A stretch of DNA of 64,000 nt from positions 22,010,001 through 22,074,000 of the forward strand of contig OZ024753.1 of assembly GCA_964016885.1 (NCBI GenBank). The letters are read 5' to 3'. The notes below the pieces were generated by a model, which was not told the DNA's origin, ran no database searches, and was given only the letters and a program-made list of their open reading frames with translations. Source of the stretch: Eledone cirrhosa. Lineage: Eukaryota. A program made the position numbers and the translations under genes. Below are positions 28,633 to 41,570 of the stretch, in pieces (position 1 is the stretch's first letter; each line of letters opens with the position of its first letter).

Positions 28633-29320
28633 TAACTCCGATATAAAACCTACAGCTGAGTACTTACCGATGATGTTGATCTTTTCTTCCTTTCGGGTTA
28701 TAGTTACTGTCGCTCAGAGAGTGGGATTGGCTCAGTGCACAGTCTTTCCTCACTTAAAAAAAAATCTTCACGCACAGGCATTGCACGATAGCATTAATTG
28801 AAAATAAATGGAGAAAGACTGTACATGAGGGGAAAGTTGCTTTTGAAGCATCTCGAATCGCATAAGAGAACGTAAAAAGGGGTGTGAGCAAAGGCATTGC
28901 TGTTGCATTTCGAGACAGCAAAGTTCCCCCCATGGTGCTGACATGCAGCGTCTGTGCGAGACTCTGCCTCAGCAAAGCTGGACTCGAAAGTCATCTTCGT
29001 AGTCATAAAGTAAGACCAGTAGTTGACTACCAGGCTGCTGTTGGAGATGCTACTCATCATGCTTGACAAGCATGTGGTAGAGAATGTAAATCAGCAGGAG
29101 GGCTCAAACGACATGCAAAAGAACATGAAATCCAACCATAGCTGGCTACTGCCAGGGAATGTTTTGGTTGCCGACTCTGTGCAAGACATTTTAGATCATT
29201 GTCTGGGCTAAAGAGCCACATTCGATCGCAGCACCTTTAATTGTTAATATATATGTTTTGTTTTTGTTGTTGTTTTCGTGGAATGGCCATACTCGATAAC
29301 GGCGGTGGTGCCAGCCATCA
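28632..29320 (+). mobile_element. Internally deleted non-autonomous RTE derivative (5'-UTR piece fused to the 3' zinc-finger end and 3' stem-loop)
   Basis: 28632-28793 matches 35165-35327 in reverse; 28803-29240 aligns with 53807-54244 (CSVCARLCLSKAGLESHLRSH); ends TGGCCATACTCGATAACG..GCCA. Confidence 0.9.
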
Positions 29321-29360
29321 TGTTTGTATGTCTTTACATGGAATAGAAATATATAATAAT

Positions 29361-29362
<2 letters not shown>

Positions 29363-29448
<86 letters not shown>

Positions 29449-29489
29449 GGTATGTATATAGGTATGTATATAGGTATGTATATATATAT
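29363..29489. repeat. (TA)n microsatellite, representative of many long TA-rich tracts (e.g. 29915-29971, 31089-31298, 36750-36870, 40780-40864, 43968-44290, 49819-50151)
   Basis: Direct inspection; these tracts produce most of the YIYI-type ORFs in the track. Confidence 0.97.
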
Positions 29490-29912
29490 TCCGTTTATCG
29501 TTTTCGGTGCACCCGGCCGATTAACCGACTCGATATGCAAATTGAGCTACTCAGCCGTTAATATGCATAAGGTAAGTATATACGTTCAACAATCTGGCAG
29601 GAATGTATACGTTGCTGACGATAGCTAATAAGCTTGAAACTAGTACAGCGTTCCTTTGTCAGTGTTGAACAAACGAGCAACGATGGTTGCTAGACACTAC
29701 GGCTTAATACGGGATGGTTGTTTACAAACACACCGAGCATTATAATAAATGTTCGATGAATCCATACGTACATATATATAGGTGTGCATGTATGTATATA
29801 TATATACATACTACTGTACGTCTGTATACATATAAGTATGTACCTGTACATACTTATATTTAAGTAACAGCCGTACTAAGAGTGGGAAATGAAATTTCGT
29901 TTCATTTTTTCC

Positions 29913-29971
<59 letters not shown>

Positions 29972-29975
<4 letters not shown>

Positions 29976-30863
29976 CGAAAACATAAGTCAATTGCATGAA
30001 CTCATAATCCTTTATTTACTGCTATATATATTTCGATGATAGCCATTGAATGGCTATGACTCACTAGGCAGTTAGTCAGTTCTTAGATATCCCAGCTCTG
30101 TGTTTATAGTGTTGATGGTATCAGAGTCTTGGGACATATGAGCTTGTTAGGAATAATTTAATGTTGTCAGCAGGAATAGTCTTAATTCTCATTGGTCAGT
30201 TTGTAGATGCTAGTAGGGTTGGTATTTGACCTCAAAGAGGCAGGTGGTGTTGTAAAGTTCAAACCGTCAGGCAAGATGACAATAGTTCCATATGACTGAT
30301 TTTCACACAACGGATTCCTGGTCAGATATATATTCAATTAAGGTTAATAGTATGAAATAGATACTACATGTCATTCTTAAATTGAGGAATTTATGTGGAG
30401 TGGTGCTACTGAAAATTATGGTTAGAGTAGAAAATTTACTTATGTAGGTTGGCTTGCACTACACTCATACCCACCTCCACAGACACACACACACATCCAC
30501 ACATACAAATTGAGGAATTAATGTGGGGTGGTAATACTTAAAATAATGGTTAGAATCAAATACTTAGATAGTTTAGAAAATTTAGAAATAAAAGGCACGC
30601 ACAAGTATATATATATATATACATAAAATATATATATATACTGAAAAAATATATATATATATATAAATAAAATACATATATATATATATAAATATATATA
30701 CATACATAAAATATACACACACATAAAATATACACATATATAAAATATACATACACACATATATATAAAATGCGCACATACATACACATATATATAAAAT
30801 ATATACATATATATAAAATATATACATATATATATATATATAAAATACACACATATACACATA

Positions 30864-30870
<7 letters not shown>
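29972..30870 (-). mobile_element. PLE pseudo-LTR-type element, copy 1, with a mutated hammerhead (30018-30072)
   Basis: Colinear with 37838-38890 from the same terminus GTGACGAAA; core reads CUAGUGA instead of CUGAUGA. Confidence 0.7.
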
Positions 30871-30917
<47 letters not shown>

Positions 30918-31101
30918 TAAATCATGTCTTTAGAATCATCAGATAAAATAAATATTATTTCTTCTTCTAATTAGCATAATTAACCATATAAAAAATCAAT
31001 TAGATCAAGCTATAAGAAGAAAGGCTCTTATGGAGAAATCTCCGACAAATAACCGAACGTAGCCTCTTCGCGGTGGCCCCAATCGGGTATATATATATAT
31101 G

Positions 31102-31134
<33 letters not shown>

Positions 31135-31135
31135 G

Positions 31136-31196
<61 letters not shown>

Positions 31197-31237
31197 GTAT
31201 ATATATCTGTATATATATATATATGTATATATATATG

Positions 31238-31302
<65 letters not shown>

Positions 31303-32410
31303 ATAAGAAAGTACGACGAGTTAAAGAAATGTATGGTACATATACAGCCGGCACAGATGTGCGGAAATTGAAAACACGCCAGGTCCGCAGAAACTGGCAT
31401 TCCCCAAAATCCTCACGTTCGGTCGCTCAATCCAATGTGCCAGGTGAAATTCACTGCATGTCCAAGTTGGCGTTCAACCAATGTACCGCACCGCATACAA
31501 CTATACCGCAGTAAATACAAATCGTGATGGCTATTCCGTTAGATATAGAGAAAAGTGTATATAGGAAACTCCGCTTCCAGAATCACATATAGCAAAATGA
31601 GCAGATATTGTTATAATAATAGGCGGGTTTATTATAGTGAGTGCAAATTTCTGTAGAATATATAATATATATAGATTTTTATTTTTTATTTTAGATTTTG
31701 GGTGTATATCCCAGACCGCCTATGGTGATAAATCCCCTGGGTATAGGTTTTGGAAAAATAGTGTTATCTCACTTAACGTCGGAACTGGAACATGTGATTG
31801 GTAGGGTGCGGATATGATAAGGAGAATCGACCTGTTACAAGGCGTTATAATTGGAGTACACCATCCCTCATATGGACTATCATACATGTAAGGCTGCACC
31901 ACTGCTAACCAACTATTCTTTTCACAGACTCATGCTTGCAAACTCTATTGATCTGCCTGTACACCTTCTTTTTGCACTGCTTGTGCTCTGATGCAGCTAT
32001 GCTTTGCTTTGTCTTATATTTTTGTGGGGTTTCCGGGCTTTTTGTTCCTTTATTGTTTTGTATTTTTATATTTATCTCTTTTCTTATCCCTGTATTTTTG
32101 CACTTTTTTATTTTTTTTAAATATTATTTTCTTATTGTTTCTGATCATGCTGAGTAATACCCTCACTCATCCCTTGATACCCTCTCCCAACCTCTTTATC
32201 ATCTATTGCACCATTTAAGTGATAAATTTTTGGTGCAATTTTTAATTTTTAATTTTTAAATTTTTAAGACATTTTATGACATTATGTGCATCATGTATTC
32301 TGTCTTTTTCCATATAGCGCTGGCCTCGGGACCACCCTGCTGGTCCTTTAACCTTGTTCTGGTGACGCAGCTCGATGGAGCATGCAACTACTGATATACT
32401 CATGTTTATA

Positions 32411-32457
32411 GGCTCTGATGATTCCTGCCATGGTGTATGGATGAAACACCGTTAGCT
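32411..32457 (+). ncRNA. Minimal type-I hammerhead ribozyme candidate (PLE pLTR type)
   Basis: GGCU-CUGAUGA-UUCC..GGAU-GAAAC-ACC-GUU-AGCU; stem I GGCU/AGCU; AATAAA follows immediately. Confidence 0.65.
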
Positions 32458-33361
32458 AATAAAACAATGTATTTCTAAGCACTCTTTGGTTATTCCTATA
32501 ACTATATGTATATATATATATATATACGTATATATATGTATATATGTATATATATATATATATCAACGTATATATATATATTTATAAATGCGTGTATATA
32601 TATATGTATATACACATGTATATATGCACGTGTAAGTTTGTGTGTGTATATATATATATTCATTTATTTATGAAAGTATATAAAGATGCGTAGGTGAGTG
32701 CGTTTGCACACACAAAGGTAGCTCCCCCCCAACATGTATATACACATACATACACTCATGTATATATACATACATACACACATGTATATATACATACATG
32801 TATATATACACAGACATTTATAAAGTAATATATAATTTTGTTTATTCAGCTCTTTTTCGTTGAGCATTATTTTGTTGTTTTCAAGCAAGAAATATAAAAA
32901 GTATATTTATGTCTATCTTGTCATGGAGAGGAAATTTAGTTTCCGATGGTTAATGGACTTTTTGTATATCTGTAATTAGTTTACGTATTAACTAACCCTC
33001 TACCATAAATCCCACTCAAGCCAACGCAGCTCAATTTATCTCTTTTGTAGTGGATATGAAATACATAAAAACGACATATAATTGGACTGCATCCATTGTT
33101 ATCGTCTCTTTCACGACATTAGAATGTCAATTCTGGCAGGGTCACAGCTGGTATGCCATAGCAACTGAAACCGGGGGGGGGGGGGGCGTCACACGGAAAG
33201 GGCGGGAAAAAACCGGGAGGTATTACAGTCTTTCATGTACGAGGGTGTTAAGCCTCGGACGTTGGATGCAACCTGTGGTGTTGCTCTTTCCCCCGGCATT
33301 TAGTGTCAGACACAGGTTTCGTTGGCCACCAAACTGAAGATAACAAGCTGACATTTCTGGT

Positions 33362-34195
33362 TATCACAAGATGGATATGTTGCCCTTTTCCATGACTGTT
33401 TTTGGTTGATGTTCATACTATGTTAGAAGTTTGGATGTCATGAGAGCGGTAGAGCATCCAGTGCACATATTTAGCAATGCAATTGTGTCTTTTGATATAG
33501 TCAGTTTTTGCCAGCTCTGGACACCTGGTGATAATATGATCTACCGTTTCTTCATGTTTATAGCATATTCTGCAGTTCCATCTTTCATTATTCTGTATCT
33601 ATAGACCTGAGTGTTTAAAGATTGGTCTTGTGCAGCAACTAAGAGGCCCCCAGTCTCTACTTTCAAACCAGCACTTCTGAGACAGGATAGTGAGCCATGC
33701 TGATTGTCAGAAAGTTGTTCTGGGGATCTACCATGTAGTGGTTTTGACTTCCATTCACGGCTTATTTCCTCTGTTTGGAGTTTCTTTGCTTTGATCTTCA
33801 CAGTCATAGCTAGCTGTGCAACACTTGTTTTTTTTTCTATGGGTATGTCTTGTTTCATATTCAGTTTTTGCCTAAATTTTCTTGCCTCTTTTGTTATTGA
33901 GGGTAGTTTCTTAATTTGTTTATGCTTAAGTACAGACATAAGGAGTTAATCTCAGGTGTAGTAGAGGTAGATATCCAATCCAATGGTTGCTATTTTGTTT
34001 ACAGCTTCCAGTTGGCTTGAGAGTGGTGCATGTTTTCTGTTGTCAATAGTTTCCTTGTCTCAGTCTCCAACCTTTGTAGTTCTTACAGGTTCCAGTTTAT
34101 GATGTTAAAGCTGTATGTTACAACTGGTACTGCTAGACTGTTAATGGCTGTGAACTTGTTGCAGAGGCTTAGCTCACGTTTTGTTACCAATCTTA
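33362..34195 (-). pseudogene. Second R4/Dong-like LINE fragment (RT thumb to CCHC knuckle)
   Basis: WKSKPLHG, LKVETGGLLVAAQDQSLNT, ETVDHIITRCPELAKTDYIKRHN, YEHQP, with frameshifts and stops. Confidence 0.8.
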
Positions 34196-34384
34196 CTCTC
34201 CTTATGTAACCCGTCAGCATTCATTTTCTCAATGGCCGTATCTTTGTTCCAGATGTTATTTAATTCAGCATTCAGTTCATTATCTGCTTCGGTTGCTTCC
34301 TCAAGTCTCTCAGCCTCCTCACCCTCATTCCCTACTACTATTATTATTATTGTTTTTATTTTCTTTCATTATTGTTTCTAGGAT

Positions 34385-34830
34385 ATATGCCGAGTGTCTT
34401 CCTGACACCTAGGGCAAATAAATTCACATTGTACATTGGTAAGCCAGTTAATACAGCACATTGATTATAATAAAAAAAAAGCCAGTATACATATATACAC
34501 ATGTGCATATGCGTATGTAAATACAAGGAGGGATATCAATCTTACAGAGATAGTGCTCTTCTCAATACTTGTGCAGTACCAGTCGAACAATTTTTTGCAT
34601 CTCGTGCAGAGAGGGCAAACCAGGAATCATTCGCAAATATTGCTCTGTTCCTTTCTTGATCATACCCAGTCCTCCCACAATCACTGGTATTGTAACGGCC
34701 TTGAGGTGCCACATTTTCTCAATTTCAATAAGCAGATCTTTATATTTTCGTAGATTGTCAAATTCTTTTGCCGCGATATTGTAATCACATGTGATGCTCA
34801 TACTTATCAATAAACAGACCTTGTTATGTT

Positions 34831-34832
<2 letters not shown>
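34385..34832 (-). pseudogene. R4/Dong-like LINE 3' end (RLE C-terminus plus 3' UTR)
   Basis: CLLI...KE....KYKDL.IEIEKMW....TIPVIVG.LG motif; flanked by (TAT)n/(TAC)n on the left and (TC)n on the right. Confidence 0.8.
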
Positions 34833-34882
<50 letters not shown>

Positions 34883-35096
34883 CCTCTCTCTGTCCCCCCT
34901 CTCTCTCTCTCTCTTATACACCACCTAGAAAAGCTATAATGTTATCGATATAAAGACATTTTTGAAAACCAACTACGTCGTCGTAATTTTATATATGAGA
35001 ATACACACATTTTGTCAATACAACAAACTTAATTTTCCATATCTTTTCATAAATTTACCACTCACTTTTAAACTTTGAACGTCTTATACATATATT

Positions 35097-35445
35097 ATGG
35101 CTACCCCCTCGTTATCGAGTATGGCCATTGCACGATATACCATTATTAATAATTATTAATTAATTCTATCGTGCAATGCCTGTGCGTGAAGATTTTTTTT
35201 TTAAAGTGAGGACAGACTGTGCACTGAGCCAATCCCACTCTCTGAGCGACAGTAGCTGTAACTCGAAAAGAAGAAAAGATCAACATCATCAGTAGCTACT
35301 GAGACGCAGGTTCTACATCGGAGTTATCCAAGTTTCCTGAGTTACCTTCTCCTAGAAGAATGCCCTGACAAAGGCTAGGGTCCTTCACTCCCAGTAGTTT
35401 AACCGGGCGATTGGGTGTCCAGCCCGACTATTTCTATGTTCCCGC
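35097..35445 (-). mobile_element. Minimal (~350 bp) bipartite RTE-derived SINE-like element
   Basis: RTE 5'-UTR motif GTCAGGGCA..CTAGGAGAAGGTAACTC to CACAGGCATTGCACGATAG, an AT-rich linker, then GTGCAATGGCCATACTCGATAACGAGGGGG as at 54518-54547. Confidence 0.85.
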
Positions 35446-36447
35446 GCATATATATGCACATGCATATATATACACATGCATATCTATACACATGCATATA
35501 TATATACATGAGCACATTCACACACACATATATACATATATATATACATATATATACATGTATACATGTATATACATATTTACACGTTTAAATCACCAAA
35601 CCTTCCCCGAAATATGGGATCTTGTGCAAATGTTTGAAATTAATGTTAAAAATCTTAAAACAAAGATTGTAAATTGCCAGATCATTGAGAAGTGTGTAGA
35701 AGGAAACGGTGCATTATTAGGTTAGGTTTCGATCTCGACTTTGCTTTTAACCATTCCCGGGTCAACAAAACAATTATTCTTAGTCAAGATATGAGGCAGT
35801 TCTAATCGGCAGCACCGGAATATCGCTCTTAACAAATTTGTGGAATATTTTTCCTGAAAAAGGATCTCAGCGAAGCAATTGTATCCACTTTCTCGGGCTT
35901 CATTGCCATGTCACAAATGATTATCCATTTCGTCTCACATTTCCTTACACTGTCAATTGATAATGTATTTGTTATGTTATTTATTGGCTAGTTCTTGTAT
36001 CAACTGCGATAACATCGTCTCTTCTCTTTCTTTATATAATTATTTCTGATCATTTCAATTTGCTCGCTCGCCTTCTCAATTTCTGACTCTCTCTCTCTTT
36101 TGTAATGTAATTTGATAACTTGTTTAAATGGAAATACTACCAAATGTTAGCATAATCATTAGGATAACCAATAATATTCCACCAATAATATATATAGAGA
36201 GAATAATTACAGAAACGTAGATTCATTGTAATATATAGCAATAGAAACATAAATATAGTCGTGCTTACGCTACACATGCACATATATATATCTAAACGTA
36301 TATATACTTATACATATAAATGATGAATATATATCTTTTCATTCTGTTAGTTAATCATGGTGTGTTAGTATGAAAAGCACTCAACGTGACGCAACTCAAT
36401 CATCTTTGGTGTAAGATTCTGTTGGTGGTGTATGGACGGAGTTAAAC

Positions 36448-36744
36448 ATTATTGAATAAAGCGACAGGAGGACGGAAATTAAAAATTCCTTTAAAGTTTT
36501 TATTCTGCAGTTACTATATATATTTTAATGACTAGTAAGATTCCAGTGACATCATCAGGTGTATTTCATAACAGTTATAAAGGAAACATGGTGGACACAG
36601 AGTGTGTACATGGAGAAAAAAACAAAGATAAAAATACTTGATCCGAGGGGCCCTATGTCCAGTTCTTTAGACTTACTTCCCTCTGTTCCTGCAGAATAAA
36701 AACTTTAAAGGAATTTCAACTTTCCGGCCGCCTATGGCTTTATT

Positions 36745-36751
<7 letters not shown>
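36448..36751. repeat. ~62-bp inverted repeats (36448-36510 / 36689-36751) enclosing a decayed hammerhead (36510-36563, minus); PLE-type inverted pLTR remnant
   Basis: Arms are reverse complements (AATTCCTTTAAAGTTTTTATTCTGCAG / CTGCAGAATAAAAACTTTAAAGGAATT); the minus strand shows CUGAUGA..UAAAAUAUAUAUA then AATAAA. Confidence 0.7.
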
Positions 36752-36842
<91 letters not shown>

Positions 36843-36870
36843 CATACATACATACACTTATATATATATA

Positions 36871-37795
36871 TTGAAAATCCAAGTCTCCACTTACGTGGTT
36901 TACCATCCAATTAATTGGTGAAATATATTTCTTTAATGGAATATATACAGGGAAGATTAATCATATTATAAGGTATCTATTTTTGAAGTTCTGGTCAACT
37001 TTATTTAGTTACCTACCTAGCTATGTGTGGTTACACACTTGTAAAAATTATATCCTGTGATTACTCATGTTTATTTATATGTTAATCAATTTCTAGTTAT
37101 TATAAAAATGCTCGGACCTACTCGTTAGAATCTTAGAGCTTATTTTGCGGGTGATATGGCGCATGTCTTTCTGGCATGACACCCATAATTTTGATTTAGA
37201 TTAATTTCATTTAATTTATCTTAATTTTGGATATAGATATATAAATACGGCTCCTTAATTGTAGAGCTAACTCTTTTGAATGGACTCGACTGCTGTTTCT
37301 AGTTTTCGATAACCCTATTCACGCCCCTGGGACGAAGCTAGTATGATGTGTGTATTTCTAGTAAATATAGCACGTGTTGCTGGTCAGTCGCTGATTTGAA
37401 CTTGAAGTGTAAACACAGATCGCTGGAACTTCTTCCTTGTTGAAAATCCAAGTCTCCACTTCCTTGGTTTACCATCCGATTAATTGGTGAAATATATTTC
37501 TTTAATGGAATATATACAGGGAAGATTAATCATATTATAAGGTATCTATTTTTGAAGTTCTGGTCAACTTTATTTAGTTACCTACCTACCTATGTGTGGT
37601 TACACACTTGTAAAAATTATCTCCTGTGATTATTCATGTTTATTTATATGTTAATCAATTTCTAGTTATTATAAAATGCTCGGACCTACTCGTTAGAATC
37701 TTAGAGCTTATTTTGCGGGTGATATGGCGCATGTCTTTCTGGCATGACACCCATAATTTTGATTTAGATTAAATTCATTTGATTTATCTTAATTT

Positions 37796-37797
<2 letters not shown>
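36871..37797. repeat. Near-identical direct repeat of ~360 bp (36871-~37229 and 37440-37797) with a ~210-bp spacer
   Basis: TTGAAAATCCAAGTCTCCACTT at 36871 and 37440, colinear to ATCTTAATTTTG. Confidence 0.93.
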
Positions 37798-37837
<40 letters not shown>

Positions 37838-37841
<4 letters not shown>

Positions 37842-38890
37842 CGAAATATAAGTCAATTGCATGAACTCATAATCCTTTATTTACTGCTATATATATTTCG
37901 GTGTTAGCCATTGAATGGCTATGACCTCATCAGGCAGTTAGTCAGTTCTTAGATATGCCAGCTCTGTGTGTATAGTGTTGATAGTATCAGAAACTTGGGA
38001 CATATGAGCTTGTTAGGAATACTTTAATCTTGTCAGCAGGAATAGTCTTGATTCTCATTGGTCAGTTTGTAGATGGTAGTAGGTTGGTATTTGACCTCAA
38101 AGAGGCAGGTGGTTCTGTAAGGTTCAAACCATCAGGCAAGATGACAATAGTTCCACATGACTGATTTTCACAAAAGGCATTCCTGGTCAGATATATATTC
38201 AATTAAGGTTAATAGTATGAAATAGATACTACAGGTCATTCTTAAATTGAGGAATTTATGTGGAGTGGTGCTACTGAAAATTATGGTTGGAGTAGAAAGT
38301 TTACAAATAAAAAGGCTTATGTAGGTTGGCTTGCACTACACTCACACCCACCTCCACAGACACACACAGACATCCACACATACAAAAAGTGGGGTGGTAA
38401 TACTTAATATAATGGTTAGAGTCCAATACATAGATAGTTTAGAAAATTTAGAAATAAAAGGTTTATGCTGGTTCACTTTTACATACACCCACACCTACCC
38501 CCCCAAACACTCACACATCTGAACACACAAATCCATACAGGTGTGTATATATATATATATATGCATGCATGCATGTACGCACAAGTATACACACATATAT
38601 ATATATATATATATAAAATATATATATATACACAGAACATACATATATATAAAATATATACATACAAAAATCTAAAAAATATATATATACATAGAATACA
38701 CACACACACACACACACAAAATATATACACACGTAAAACATACATATATATATATATATGAAAAAAAAAAAATACACACACACATACACATATATATATA
38801 AAATATATACATACATAAACGCACATATATATAAAATACGCATACATACATATATAAAATACACATATATATACACATGATACATATATA
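37838..38890 (-). mobile_element. PLE pseudo-LTR-type element, copy 2, possibly the 3' end of the PLE at 38900-40779
   Basis: Homologous to 29972-30870; intact hammerhead and AATAAA near the 3' terminus. Confidence 0.72.
37883..37938 (-). ncRNA. Minimal type-I hammerhead ribozyme
   Basis: ACUGC-CUGAUGA-GGU..UAGCCA UUCAA UGGCUA..ACC-GAAA-U AUAU A-UA-GCAGU; 5-bp stem I and palindromic stem-III loop. Confidence 0.85.
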
Positions 38891-38899
38891 TATATATAA

Positions 38900-40777
38900 A
38901 ATCAGGTTTAATAAAACATGGTTTAGATGACTCCTAACCAGTAGAGGATACGGTGGACCATCAACCATAGGGACCGCAAACCATGGGTGGTTGTTGTTGT
39001 CCATTGGTCATTGGTACGGGGTGTAGGGGACTTACCGGGGGGGGGGGGGGAGTTGTGGGAGGTCGTAACCGGGGTTTATCCATATAGCTTGAGGAAAGTT
39101 CCCGTCCTTACGTGTCTGCAGGCACCGAATAAGTCGGCCCTTCTGTTTAATAGCTTGGTTCCGCCATGAAGAATCTCGAGTGTCACACTAAGACAGAGTT
39201 TCCAAATACCAGACCCGCCTCTGTCTGGGGGAACCTTTCTAACCACGGACCAGACCAGAAAATGCGGGGTCTTTTCGAGTTTGAGCTTCCAGATCAATTC
39301 AGAAAGGGCCGTACACTTCCTCTTATCTATTCTGTTAAAGTAATGGCAATGGTTATGCCACCGAACTTTGAAGCTCGTCGCTGTGGATCCTATGTAGTGG
39401 TGCTCCGAGTTAGGGGTTGTGACCTTCGCACCTGTAGACCACGTTTTTGGTCATGCATTCATTACTCAGGGGGCATAGCGATGGGTCTCTGCAATTACAT
39501 GACTTCTTAATCCCCACCACATGTACCGCGTGGTTAGCATCACTCGGGGTTGGCTGGGTAGCCTCCGCAATCAGCACAGGGTCGTGGTGTAGTGACAGAT
39601 AGGGGTCTGGGAGTGTTACTACTGGTCACCGAGGTATTAGGTGGGCGACTCATGCCCCTGAGGGTATTGGTCCGGGGTACCCTTGGGTCATCTCGATCAT
39701 GTCCCTTAGGGTTATAGCTGATCCTATCGCTGTGGGACGCCTTAGCTCCTTAGCTAGAGCTGGGTTATAGTAATCAGCGTTACTATTGAATATTTCTTTA
39801 TTGGCCGACAAGTTAGAGATCCTGTCAGAGACACTCTTAATTACGGCCTTAACTATAGATCTAGGGTGATTAGACTCAGCGTTGATATACACCAGCTTCT
39901 CATTGGGTTTATGATATGGGTGGTGTAGATTGGTGTTGAGGTTGAGGGTGGTGTCCAGGAAATTCACTACTTTTCTATTGGGTTCCATCTCTACCTTAAG
40001 TCCTACCTTGCTAAAGAAGTGCCTAATTCTCCTCTTCATATTTTCGACCATTGTGGTGCTGTGGTCCACCACGGTGAAGAGTGCGTCGTCTCGGTACAGC
40101 CCGCCGCACAGGCTGGGTATTTCTCTCCTGATCTCGTAGAGTATGTATATCCCAACCAAGTCCGTTAGCTGCGTGGAGTCACTGGAGCCCATTGTAATGT
40201 CAAAATTATTTGACCAGTCACTCCGGGTCCATATGTCCCCACCGAATCGGATCAGGGTCTTTCTGGCGGTGTGTATGATTCGGACCTCGTTGCGTGTTAG
40301 GTCTGTCCTATTCATCGCGAATATGAGTGCTTTGTTAAGGACCATGGGCGAGATAGAGGAGTAGTAATTATTGATGTCTAGTTGTATGAAGCTAGTCCTA
40401 TGTTTTTCACCATGCTGGTGCAGGACCAGAGTTGTAACCTTATTTTACTCTTAAGTGTGGGCAGGATTCTATCTAAAATGCTTTTGCTAATAACCTCCAT
40501 GTCTGACCGGGAGGGGTCTATCAGTCTGACCGGCAGTTTGGTTTGTGGTCCTTAATGGTAATCCTCCGCTCCCTTGGTTGGTATGGGGCCGTCCTATCAT
40601 CTATACCAAGACCAGAAACGATCTCATAAGCCTTGATGTTGATATCCTCCAGGGTGGCTTCGGGCGTCTTTTTGTAGCTTTTTCTCAATTCCATGAGGAT
40701 TAGCTCATGGTAAAGTTGAACGTCCATGCTGTAAAGGTTGTTGGTTTTGTCGGCATGGACGAGTATTCCTGTAGATT

Positions 40778-40779
<2 letters not shown>
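38900..40779 (-). mobile_element. Penelope-like element, decayed RT plus GIY-YIG endonuclease (Naiad-like motif style)
   Basis: ITIKDHK, FIQLDINNYYSSI, FDITMGS, GLYRDD, FLD, YINAESNHP; endonuclease end IWKLK...LCL...LLNRR..FGACRH. Confidence 0.85.
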
Positions 40780-40864
<85 letters not shown>

Positions 40865-40868
<4 letters not shown>

Positions 40869-41570
40869 TCTAGCCATTTCCTTTTCCTATCCTCGGGCCC
40901 CGTTCCCTGGATATGACTCGAACACCTTCTCTTCCTCCCTGTGATCTCGTTGTTGATCATCCAGCTCTCCTTACATCCAGATCTGTCAACCGCTCTCTCC
41001 ACACTTCTGATCTTCTCTATCAGTGCCTCCTCTCTGACCACAGTGTAAGCGGTACAGAGCTCTTCCCTCATCACCTCCACAGTCTCCATCCTCTCCTCCG
41101 TAGGATCAGCATAGAATTGGTCCCTGGCAGCTTTCAGGTGTTCTCTGTCTGCACACACTTTTGGGTTTGCAGAGCTGGCGTGCCTCCCTTTGTCCTTTTT
41201 CCTCGGCACCAGGGTTTCACTTGCTTCCGCCACTGCATTGGTGAAGTGCCCGTACCTCCTCGTCACACTCTCCTCAGTCCATCCAATCTCTCTCTCCTCT
41301 GACTCTCCACACAGAGCACTAAACCTGTTTCTCACTTCCACTGTGAACCTCTCCTGTAGCTTATCATCTTCCTTGAAAGCTCCCCAGTCATAGATTGTTT
41401 TCCGGGGCTGAGCCTTCTCTTTCTTAAGCTCACGCGGACCTCACTCATAACAAGCCGGTGGTCACTACCCAGTGTACTGAAATAGCTGTATGGTTCCGTG
41501 TTCAGAACACTATTCCGCCACTTTTTCCTCACCAGAATGAAATCAATCTGGGACTTGGACAGGTGCATAT
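40865..41570 (-). pseudogene. Inverted 5' segment of an RTE-like LINE (APE C-terminus plus linker)
   Basis: SQIDFILVRKKWRNS and SDHRLV are APE motifs; the segment ends at ...KRKWLDH. Confidence 0.85.

Noticed and set aside
35590-35725. Tc1-like transposase tail (IEKCVEGNG)
   Set aside because: Single weak motif; no DDE motifs or TIR seen
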